Positions 7,209 through 17,751 of a stretch of DNA of 19,030 bases are shown here, one piece after another. The notes beneath the pieces are model-generated. The model saw nothing but the letters and a program-made list of their open reading frames with translations, searched no databases and was not told where the DNA came from. The first letter of the stretch is position 1. Each line of letters starts with the position of its first letter. Origin of the DNA: a virus (lineage: Duplodnaviria; Heunggongvirae; Uroviricota; Caudoviricetes); the IMG/VR virus record IMGVR_UViG_3300001373_000069. One strand, given 5' to 3'. The position numbers and the translations under genes are program-made.

Positions 7209-8784
7209 TGTTATCTGGGATAATTATTACCTTAGATTTAATTAATGTTTTAGTAACAGACGACGCATTAATCATAGCATTAATAGCTACAAGGGCAGGG
7301 TCAATTATACCTAACGTAAACGCATCCCCTATTTCCAAAGAATCAATATCAAGAACAGTAGTTTCGTTGTCTGCAAATTTAGGATCGGAAGAGTACTTAT
7401 CCCAATCAATACCAGCATTACTACATAATACTCTAACCGGAATATAGCATGCACTAATTACAACAGCAAGAGCAGATTGTTGATCAAATGACATAGTAGC
7501 CTGTCTCTTAGACTCCATAAATCTACCGGCGTAATAAAGAGCCATCCCACCACCAGGTAGAACACCTCCATTTACAGCCGCAGATACAGCACAAACCGCA
7601 TCATCAACTCTATCTTTCTTTTCGATAACTTCGGCTTGAGTGGTTCCACCAACTTTTATGGTAGCAACACTTGAGTATTTAGAAAGCCTACGTTTGAAAT
7701 GAGTACTAGCTGCCGAGTTAGCATCCAGCTTAACATCATTATAAGCAGCTTTTAGCTCTTTTACAAGCTTTTCTACCTCAGATGTTATCTTATCTTCAAA
7801 TGGAAATAATATTAGCTCATTGGGCCCGATGATAGCTTTCTCGACCAGACCATTATGATCAACTGAGTAATCGCGCAGTAAGGTAGAAGTACTTCCATCT
7901 ATACTAAGAATAGTAGCACCAGTTATACTAGCAATATCACGTAAAATCTCTAATCGATAAGAAGAGAAACCTTCTGCTTCCACTAACGTTATATCGGCAA
8001 AAGATCTAGACCTATTAATGTCTACAACACGCTGTACATCAACGGAGAATTCTTTAGCAATAACAATATAAGGTTGTTTACTTGCACTAGCCTGTCTTAG
8101 TATCTGTTCTATCTGATAGATATCGGATATAGGACCTTCAATCAGTACTATATTAGTATCGGCTTTTTCTGATTTAACCTTAGTATATACTTTGGTATCT
8201 AGTGAGGCGCCATTGGTAATGGTTACATCAGATACTAAATTATCAGTAGCTTCTACATTAATTATGCCATCAACACCAGCTGATTTAACAGCTTTATTAA
8301 CTAGGTCTATAACTTCCTGATCATTATTACTAGATATAGTAATGACAGAATGCAGTAATTCAGAATCCTTATTGATAAGGGTCTTGGTATCTTCCAGGTA
8401 CTCAACTACATCACTGATTGCCTCATCAAAGTATTCAAGAAACGCCTTGATAGAGTCGCATATATTCATAGCATTTAGCCCTTCAGTCACCATTGTCTTC
8501 GTCAATAAAGTAGAAGTAGTAGTTCCGTCCCCAACTGCAGCAGCAGTCTTACGAGCAGACTCTTTAATCAATGATACGATGGCCTGTTTAGTAGGATCAG
8601 CATATCTAATACTCTCACTTACTGTAACGCCATCTTTAGTTACATGAGGAATATCCCCATCGCTATTGGCTATTATAACAGTGCGGCCTCCTGGGCCTAA
8701 AGTACTACATACAGCATCGCAAAACTCTGTAACAGTCTCCAGGAGAATGTCAGCAGAGTTATTTAAAATTTTCTTAGGTTCCAT
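7201..8784 (-). CDS. groEL: GroEL-like group I chaperonin (phage-encoded)
   Basis: TLGPGGR, TKDGVTV, GDGTTT, IKVGG.T..E..EKKDRVDDA and GVLPGGG motifs; no GGM tail. Start set to MEPKK at 8784, 1 nt after the ligase stop. Confidence 0.94.
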   Translation of the reverse strand: MEPKKILNNSADILLETVTEFCDAVCSTLGPGGRTVIIANSDGDIPHVTKDGVTVSESIRYADPTKQAIVSLIKESARKTAAAVGDGTTTSTLLTKTMVTEGLNAMNICDSIKAFLEYFDEAISDVVEYLEDTKTLINKDSELLHSVITISSNNDQEVIDLVNKAVKSAGVDGIINVEATDNLVSDVTITNGASLDTKVYTKVKSEKADTNIVLIEGPISDIYQIEQILRQASASKQPYIVIAKEFSVDVQRVVDINRSRSFADITLVEAEGFSSYRLEILRDIASITGATILSIDGSTSTLLRDYSVDHNGLVEKAIIGPNELILFPFEDKITSEVEKLVKELKAAYNDVKLDANSAASTHFKRRLSKYSSVATIKVGGTTQAEVIEKKDRVDDAVCAVSAAVNGGVLPGGGMALYYAGRFMESKRQATMSFDQQSALAVVISACYIPVRVLCSNAGIDWDKYSSDPKFADNETTVLDIDSLEIGDAFTLGIIDPALVAINAMINASSVTKTLIKSKVIIIPDNNG

Positions 8785-8785
8785 T

Positions 8786-9925
8786 TTAATCTGGTCTATT
8801 AATATCAACTACTACGGGAAACCGTAGTTTACCATCATCAGTAAATCCAAAGAAACGAACAGTCGCTTTAAGGCCGACATAATCATCAGCTCTATCCAGT
8901 AGATCCTCAAAATAACTTTTATCCCCCCTAATTCCACAGCCAACCAAAGCCCCATAAACATCAACAACAATAGAGCCGGCCATACTACTACGATTACCTT
9001 TACCAGGTAGTATCGCTTTAATAATGAATTCATCATCATCAAATATCTTAATTTTAAGTAAAGACTTAGCCCTTTTGTTTACATACCTAGCAAATGGAAT
9101 TCTAATAATACTACCTTCGTAACCATCTTCTAGATTTTTATCCAAACCCCATTTATAATCAACAATAGTATTAACTATAGTTCCAGGTATCACAAAGACT
9201 TTATCTATGGATAATGACTGTAAGTGTTCTACTAACCAGGCTTTTCTTTCTTTAGCAGTAAGGTCAGGATTTGCTTCATCAAACATGTCATAAACATGAT
9301 ACTCAGCAACGCTTAACATTTCTCCTAGCTCAGCTTGGTTTGGTTTTTCCTTACGGAACAATTTCATTAGTGTCTGAAAATTAGCATGATATTCGTGATT
9401 ATATAGTTCACCATCTAAAGTTACTGTAGGGTATTGTTCAAAGAATCCTCCTAGATTGGCAAGGATTTCTACAGAAGCTGCTATAGGTTTACCTTTTCTA
9501 GAATGGGCTATTTTTGGTTGGGTAACCATACGCATACCATCAAGTTTAGGGTCGATTATTACCTCTACCCCTTCTTCCATTTCCCACTTAGCATCTTTAG
9601 CTGTTTCAGCTAACATAGGAGAAAAATACTTATGTCGGGTAATAGTAACTTCCTCTATATCGTAAGAATAGTGTTCGATAGCGATCTTCTTTGTATACTT
9701 TGCAGCAACTTCAGCGATAGCTTGCTCCTCGGGAGTGGTAGCATTACTTCTACCAACATTCTTAGGTTTACATTCGGTCCACGCGGTGGTGATTTTAGCA
9801 CCATCAATTAAACCTGTAATGGTCCGATAAGAACCTCCAGACACTTCCATCTGAAAAGTTCTTATCTTACCTTTAGAATCCTGTTTATACAGAACTGCAC
9901 CTAATTCATTAGACAATTCGTCCAT
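8786..9925 (-). CDS. ATP-dependent DNA ligase with N-terminal extension
   Basis: PKLDGMR (KxDG), LDGELY, YHVYD, EGSIIR, LLKIK and OB-fold ATVRFFG..DGKLRFP. N-terminal LYK.DSKGKIR...KNVGRSNATT domain as seen in Bacteroidota phage ligases. Start uncertain (9925 or 9943). Confidence 0.92.
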   Translation of the reverse strand: MDELSNELGAVLYKQDSKGKIRTFQMEVSGGSYRTITGLIDGAKITTAWTECKPKNVGRSNATTPEEQAIAEVAAKYTKKIAIEHYSYDIEEVTITRHKYFSPMLAETAKDAKWEMEEGVEVIIDPKLDGMRMVTQPKIAHSRKGKPIAASVEILANLGGFFEQYPTVTLDGELYNHEYHANFQTLMKLFRKEKPNQAELGEMLSVAEYHVYDMFDEANPDLTAKERKAWLVEHLQSLSIDKVFVIPGTIVNTIVDYKWGLDKNLEDGYEGSIIRIPFARYVNKRAKSLLKIKIFDDDEFIIKAILPGKGNRSSMAGSIVVDVYGALVGCGIRGDKSYFEDLLDRADDYVGLKATVRFFGFTDDGKLRFPVVVDINRPD

Positions 9926-11549
9926 AATTAATCGGTGTATCAATTACCATAGGTAATCCATCGCGTTCTATTATCAGTAACCATCCAGATGTAGATCCAA
10001 GACCTAATCTATCAGCATAGTCATCTGTGGGAGCGAAAGCAGGACAGTGCATCTTGCGATAATTTGAATTATCGTCGTCTTTGCTTATAATACGAGAATG
10101 CCAATGACCCTCTAAGATCAGATTGAACATATCCTGTTTACCATATTTCCAAACAATTTTATCTGCAGACTTCTTGTCAAGTCCTTGATCTCCATGAAGA
10201 TTGATAAATTGTAGATTACCATTACTAAACACAGTTCTATGACTAGTATGAATTATTTCAACACTAGGCATGCTATTAGCTAACATATAGAACAATAGTT
10301 TAGACCCCTCATTGGTGTCTTCTAGTTCTTTATCCGGTTGTAACCGGTCATGATTACCACTTACCGAAGTAACTGTTACCAGATTATTAATACTACCGAG
10401 AAACTTGTATAGAATCTCAAATGGTTTGATAATTGAATTAGCTCCCCAGGCACCTTGTTCTATGGTTTTCCACATTCCTGCATGATTAGTACCAGTAACA
10501 GTATGTATAGTATCACCAAGGAAAGAAACGATAACCTTCTTACCTCCGACGGCATTGATATCTTTAGCTACCTGATTAAGTTTTTGTTCTGCAATATTGT
10601 AATTGAATACCGGTAGTAACAAACCTAAATGTAAATCAGTAATAACCACATTCACGTATTCAGGAGAATCGTTGCTTACTGTTACTGCCGGTTTTGCAGG
10701 TAACGTAATATTCAATGCTTTAATACCCTCAGCAATCTCAGTCATAAAAGAATCGTGACGCAGGTTCTTGTTAGAATACTCCACGTAGGCTTTCTTATAC
10801 GCCTTAATCACTGCTTCTAAGGCAGCTGAATCGGTTTCTTTTACAACATCCAGTAAAGATGTAGCATTAGCTACTGTTACGGCATAGATATCTTCACGTT
10901 CCATATACTCATCGGTAAATGGTCCAAATGGTTCGGAGTCTTTAGTTAGATTAAGTTTAGTCATTATTGCGGATAACTCATTTACAGACAACTTTAAATT
11001 ACTCATTATCTGAGTTTTAGTAAGGTTTAATCCCTTACGCGAATATGCACAGAATACCCTATCAACCAACTCTACATCGAATAAGTAATCGACTTTTGAA
11101 ATGGTTAATTTATATTTGAGGTTCTTAACCTCATAGGTGTCAGTAGTCACTTCTTCGTTCTGTACAGCAAAGTAGACTGGTTTTACGATGTCTGGAAAAA
11201 CTTCTTCTTCTTCCTCTTCTTCCTCAAGTGGGTCGATTTCTTCCTCTTCCTCAAGATCATCATCGGAAACACTGATAGCCATTTCAAGAGCTGCTGAGTA
11301 TTCAGGAGAATGTTCTACCTCTAATTTGTTGATCGGTTCTTCTGGGAGATCAAGAGAGTCGCGTAATTCTGTAATGTCCTCTTCATAGGCAACCTCTGCT
11401 TTAATATCCCCAATAAACCCACGCAGTGTGCGGTGAGATTTACCTGTAATAGCTTGATCTTCAAGTATCTTATCAGCCAAACTAGTATTATTTACACCTG
11501 GATTTTCTACAACGTAATCTCTTATAATATCTCGAATATATTGCTTCAT
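9909..11549 (-). CDS. Multi-domain metallophosphoesterase (N-terminal helical/HTH-like region, acidic linker, C-terminal calcineurin-like domain)
   Basis: C-terminal TDLHLG, LGDTIH, SGNHDR, LHGD and GHWH motifs; long non-catalytic N-terminal half. Confidence 0.85.
   Translation of the reverse strand: MKQYIRDIIRDYVVENPGVNNTSLADKILEDQAITGKSHRTLRGFIGDIKAEVAYEEDITELRDSLDLPEEPINKLEVEHSPEYSAALEMAISVSDDDLEEEEEIDPLEEEEEEEEVFPDIVKPVYFAVQNEEVTTDTYEVKNLKYKLTISKVDYLFDVELVDRVFCAYSRKGLNLTKTQIMSNLKLSVNELSAIMTKLNLTKDSEPFGPFTDEYMEREDIYAVTVANATSLLDVVKETDSAALEAVIKAYKKAYVEYSNKNLRHDSFMTEIAEGIKALNITLPAKPAVTVSNDSPEYVNVVITDLHLGLLLPVFNYNIAEQKLNQVAKDINAVGGKKVIVSFLGDTIHTVTGTNHAGMWKTIEQGAWGANSIIKPFEILYKFLGSINNLVTVTSVSGNHDRLQPDKELEDTNEGSKLLFYMLANSMPSVEIIHTSHRTVFSNGNLQFINLHGDQGLDKKSADKIVWKYGKQDMFNLILEGHWHSRIISKDDDNSNYRKMHCPAFAPTDDYADRLGLGSTSGWLLIIERDGLPMVIDTPINYGRIV
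11201..11265 (-). repeat. Low-complexity GAA/GAG tract encoding DDDLEEEEEIDPLEEEEEEEEV
   Basis: Two copies of CTTGAGGAAGA plus GAA triplets on the minus strand, in frame within the 546 aa ORF. Confidence 0.8.
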
Positions 11550-12670
11550 TATGATGCTAATTTCTCAATAATTAACCTGATAATTTCAGGTCTATCTGTT
11601 TTAAATAGTGATTCCTCGAGTTCGGGGAACATAGTTTTTACTAAAGCCAAACCAGCTTCGACATCATGATGTTTAATGTAATCACTAATATCTTTATCTA
11701 GTACTTTCTGCTTTCCGTTTATTAGTACTTGATCCTGACTTATCCATCGTATTATAAGTCCATATTGTTCTAGTCTAATAGCAGCCTCAATTCCGGCTGG
11801 GTCATAATCCATAACAACGTAGATGGTTTTATATTTGGTTTTAAATTCATTAATAAGGTGTTCTGGGAAATGCCAGGTTTCGCTCTGCGGTGCAATACAA
11901 TCACACTTTATCAGAGAATAGAAACACATAACATCCTTCAAACTCTTAGTGATAATGAGTGTATCGTTACCTTCTAACTGTTCTTGTCCGAGGATATAAT
12001 GAGCTGGACAAGTGTTTCTCCACTTAAACTCATCTTCTTCCGGACAATAAAGTTTAACCTTATCATAAACCACATACACAAATGCTAACTCGGTTCTTTT
12101 AAATTCATATTTTATAGAATAATCTTCACCAAGTAAATACTGCACGCTTCTTACATTGAACTTCTTAAGAATACTTTCATCGATTCCAAATCGAGCCCAC
12201 CATAGAATGTCTCTACGAGTAAACTCTCTTGATTTGAATAATATCTCTTTCTTTTCTCTAGCTGCTTCAAGGTCAATTTCGCGTCTTGTATGTGTTTGTT
12301 TTTCAGTACCAAATATACCCAGTCCTAACTCTGTATCTAGATACTTGATGATATCAAGTCTGGTTTCCAGAGTTATGTTATGATGAAATAGTGCAAATCT
12401 TTGTACAAATGAAAATACGTCTCCATATCCACCTGCAAAATCTTTCCACCACACCTCATCTGGTCTTACATCTCTTTTTGTTTCAGTGGGTACATATAAA
12501 GAAAATGAGGCTCTCGTATCATCATCCCGTAAAGGACTGCTGATAGATTGCCCCATCTCTAAATCAATACCCAATAACTCACAATAAATATCAAAGTCAG
12601 TAATTTCGTCGAGTAGTTTATCAGTTAAAGTTTTTTTACTGGAAACATATTTACGAAATAAATTTGACAT
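11549..12670 (-). CDS. dnaG: DNA primase (DnaG-like TOPRIM, crAss-like type)
   Basis: N-terminal SPLR.D...SF...WKDF.G..GD domain; IITKSLKDV, MDYDPAG (DxD) and KDISD TOPRIM motifs. Confidence 0.85.
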   Translation of the reverse strand: MSNLFRKYVSSKKTLTDKLLDEITDFDIYCELLGIDLEMGQSISSPLRDDDTRASFSLYVPTETKRDVRPDEVWWKDFAGGYGDVFSFVQRFALFHHNITLETRLDIIKYLDTELGLGIFGTEKQTHTRREIDLEAAREKKEILFKSREFTRRDILWWARFGIDESILKKFNVRSVQYLLGEDYSIKYEFKRTELAFVYVVYDKVKLYCPEEDEFKWRNTCPAHYILGQEQLEGNDTLIITKSLKDVMCFYSLIKCDCIAPQSETWHFPEHLINEFKTKYKTIYVVMDYDPAGIEAAIRLEQYGLIIRWISQDQVLINGKQKVLDKDISDYIKHHDVEAGLALVKTMFPELEESLFKTDRPEIIRLIIEKLAS

Positions 12671-12678
12671 ATAAATAA

Positions 12679-12975
12679 TTAAGGTATAGTAACACTATTT
12701 AGAGTAGATATTAGCATATCAGCGTCTTTTACTGCCTTATAAGCTAATTCATCCTCTGGTGTATTTTCAAACGAAGGCGATGATATCAATGTTGAAAAGA
12801 TTGTCATAGCCATAATCTCCCTTTTAGTTAATGGTAACTTTTGTGAGGAGTCACCATTTTCTGGGTAAGTGAAATGCAATGTAATATCTCGAGCTACCCC
12901 ATTAGCATCCATATAGGAGCCGGATACTTCGGTTATTAATGCACTATTAGCCGGATCGGTAGCTACTGTTAACAT
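12679..12975 (-). CDS. Small phage protein with LTKRE...A...AV..AD.L motif
   Basis: C-terminal LTKREIMAM...ELAYKAVKDADMLI resembles a widespread small phage protein family of unknown function; TAATG overlap with the upstream gene. Confidence 0.7.
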   Translation of the reverse strand: MLTVATDPANSALITEVSGSYMDANGVARDITLHFTYPENGDSSQKLPLTKREIMAMTIFSTLISSPSFENTPEDELAYKAVKDADMLISTLNSVTIP

Positions 12976-13676
12976 TAGATAGAATCAAATGTTGGAGCAG
13001 AAACTCGTTTTTCACCTGGCTCCGGAGCCGATCCTACTCTATCAGGTTCAGCCTGTGTAGGTCTAGTTTCGTTTTGTGCTGCATCAAAGATCTCTTTTTC
13101 TTTAACAGTTACTACAGGTAAATCCTGGTCAGAGTCCATAGGAAGAATCCAATTGGTTTCTTTACCAAATTCAAGGAAACCTTTTTTATTTGAAGTCATT
13201 TTACACTGCAGTAAAGGACTAGCATCACCAGTTTTACCATCAATGGCTGTCTTAAATGCATCACGAAGAGCATCCTGTATCACTTTAGCACCCTTTTTGG
13301 TAGATAGGTGTTGTTTTGTGATAACACCATCTTCGATACCAGTAGCATCGATGAAATCACCTACAAACTGTTCCAGGTCACCACCTAAAGCATCCACAAG
13401 GAATACCATAGTTGTAAATTGGTCGTCGTAGTTTAGTAATACGAAATCACTGGTAGGGTCAAGATCCCAGAAGCTTCCTTCGAATTTAGCCTTAACTTCA
13501 CGAGTTATTGGGTCTACTTGCTGTAAAGTAATAAAAGTATTGGCACGTATAGCAGCCTCTTTACCTTTTCTCTCTTCGTAGTCAACACCGGCTACAATAA
13601 TATTATAATTATGTCCAAACGAAAGCGATGCTCTCACTGGTTTAGACTCTACATACTGTCTGAATAAATTACTCAT
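12975..13676 (-). CDS. Hypothetical protein, paralog A (possible ssDNA-binding/replication protein)
   Basis: 233 aa ORF aligning by eye with the 13693-14349 product; low-complexity C-terminal tail ending PTFDSI; N-terminus shared with the primase. Function is inference. Confidence 0.75.
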   Translation of the reverse strand: MSNLFRQYVESKPVRASLSFGHNYNIIVAGVDYEERKGKEAAIRANTFITLQQVDPITREVKAKFEGSFWDLDPTSDFVLLNYDDQFTTMVFLVDALGGDLEQFVGDFIDATGIEDGVITKQHLSTKKGAKVIQDALRDAFKTAIDGKTGDASPLLQCKMTSNKKGFLEFGKETNWILPMDSDQDLPVVTVKEKEIFDAAQNETRPTQAEPDRVGSAPEPGEKRVSAPTFDSI

Positions 13677-13692
13677 GGTATAATATTAAGCA

Positions 13693-14349
13693 TTAAACAT
13701 TAGCGGCGGTTGCACCCAACTTAGCGGATACATTACCACTTTTAGCATGATTCTTTAACTCTGAGTTTGAAAACTTTAGAGTTGTTTCACCATCACCCAT
13801 TGGCTCGCATATTGTACCATATTTAGGTAATTCAACGATAGCACCTTTTGGATCTGTTGTTAATTTTAAGTGTAATAATTTACCTTCAATTCCAACATGA
13901 TCCTTGATGGCAGCACTAAAACAATCTTTTAAACTTGTCATTAGCGTTGTACAATCTTTAACTTTCCACTTATACTCTTTGATATCCTCAACAGTTTTGA
14001 ATTCAAACTCATCGAAGATATGATCAAAGAAAGTATCCACCACATCCTTAGACATATAACATTCCAGAATACCAACTAACTGAGAGCATAGCTCTAGCAT
14101 ATTGTCCTGAAAATACTTGTTACCGATTGGGTCAAGTTTCCACCAACTTACCTCTATATCGCGAAGTTTCTTTCTGGTTGTAGGGTCCACTTCAGCAAAA
14201 GTAATATACAAAAACTTCTTAGAAGGAGTGCCATTAGAACGCCTTTCTTCGGTATCTACCGAGGTTATTGTGATATTCGAATGAATACCCTTATCAAGTT
14301 TGGATACGTTTACTCTGGAAAGTAACGCTAGCACGTCTTTTCTTGCCAT
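13693..14349 (-). CDS. Hypothetical protein, paralog B
   Basis: 218 aa ORF sharing G...NI....VD.EER, IT...VDP.TR and E.S.W.LDP blocks with paralog A. Confidence 0.75.
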   Translation of the reverse strand: MARKDVLALLSRVNVSKLDKGIHSNITITSVDTEERRSNGTPSKKFLYITFAEVDPTTRKKLRDIEVSWWKLDPIGNKYFQDNMLELCSQLVGILECYMSKDVVDTFFDHIFDEFEFKTVEDIKEYKWKVKDCTTLMTSLKDCFSAAIKDHVGIEGKLLHLKLTTDPKGAIVELPKYGTICEPMGDGETTLKFSNSELKNHAKSGNVSAKLGATAANV

Positions 14350-14393
14350 TTTATTTCTTATTTGTTATCAACTAATTATTTAATTACAACAAT

Positions 14394-15038
14394 TTAATCA
14401 TGGATTATTGTAATATCACCATCTTCCGTCAATTCGACGTCCATTTCATCTCCACCAAGGTCTCTAGCGACATCGTTCAGCTCCACATCGGAATACATTC
14501 CAAGAAGAACCTCAGGAAATAATGCCCTTACAGCATAGCTTAGACATCTTGCTCGCATCATCTCCTTTGGGTACTTAGACCAATTCTGTTTATCGGTATA
14601 ACCAGCAAGGGTCATTTGATTCCAGGTAATAGAGAATACGGTTTCGATAACTGTTCCAGTTACATTTGACTTCCAATAGAACTTGTAGGAAGTACGTTTA
14701 TCCGGTTTACCGTTAGGAGCATCGACTGTTACATAATCCTCGGCAATTACCCATTCTACACCATGTTTCTTTAGCATTGCGCCAAGCATAGACGAACTGA
14801 TTACAGGACGACCGGCTATAACGTGAATGTTATTTAACGCGATATGAGGGGTTAAACCAAGCTCTTTACCATGTTGTACGATAGTTATTACTTGTTCTGG
14901 TTCGGTGATACTACTTGGTAATAGTCCAGAGTTTATGATGGTATCGGCCCATCTTTTCATCTCGTCAATGTTAGAAAATCCAGTTAACTTAACTGGGGCA
15001 CTGTCGAGGGGTTTTATTGTTGCTAATTCTTTAGCCAT
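14394..15038 (-). CDS. RecT/Redbeta-like single-strand annealing protein
   Basis: G.ELGL.P..AL.NI.VI.GRP and W.KYP..M.R.R.L..A.R..FP.VL.G.Y motifs; acidic C-terminus. Confidence 0.8.
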   Translation of the reverse strand: MAKELATIKPLDSAPVKLTGFSNIDEMKRWADTIINSGLLPSSITEPEQVITIVQHGKELGLTPHIALNNIHVIAGRPVISSSMLGAMLKKHGVEWVIAEDYVTVDAPNGKPDKRTSYKFYWKSNVTGTVIETVFSITWNQMTLAGYTDKQNWSKYPKEMMRARCLSYAVRALFPEVLLGMYSDVELNDVARDLGGDEMDVELTEDGDITIIHD

Positions 15039-15099
15039 TGCTATATAAAGTTTGTTAGACCATTAAATCTAATTTACTTTACATTAATTACAGACACAC

Positions 15100-15385
15100 C
15101 TAAGACATTAATAAAGATCTATCGGCATTCCATTTTTGCTGAAACTCACCGGGATTATCGAGATATGCAGATAACTTCTCAATAAGTTTCTTTTTGTTTT
15201 CAATAGCAAGAGTTTGACATCCTACCTTAACAAGGTAACCATAGTCTAATGCTTCGATGCGAATATTGTACAATGTACTATTAGAAGCTCCTAAAGAACC
15301 CGCAGCTAAACCTGTACTATAGATATCCGAAATACCTAAATAAGGACCATCGACAGTTTCACATTGATTATTTTGATCGAAAAAA

Positions 15386-15393
<8 letters not shown>
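15100..15393 (-). CDS. Hypothetical protein (97 aa)
   Basis: Likely start MSDFF at 15393, overlapping the DnaB-like stop by 8 nt; contains IRIEALDYGYLVKVGCQT.AIE. Confidence 0.68.
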
Positions 15394-17750
<2,357 letters not shown>

Positions 17751-17751
17751 C

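Noticed and set aside
8812-9042. Minus-strand alternative-frame ORF inside the ligase
   Set aside because: Fully nested in the ligase OB domain; no independent support.
15081-15112. 8-bp direct repeat ACATTAAT flanking the stop of the 97-aa ORF
   Set aside because: Short and AT-rich, with no stable stem or T-tract; expected by chance.
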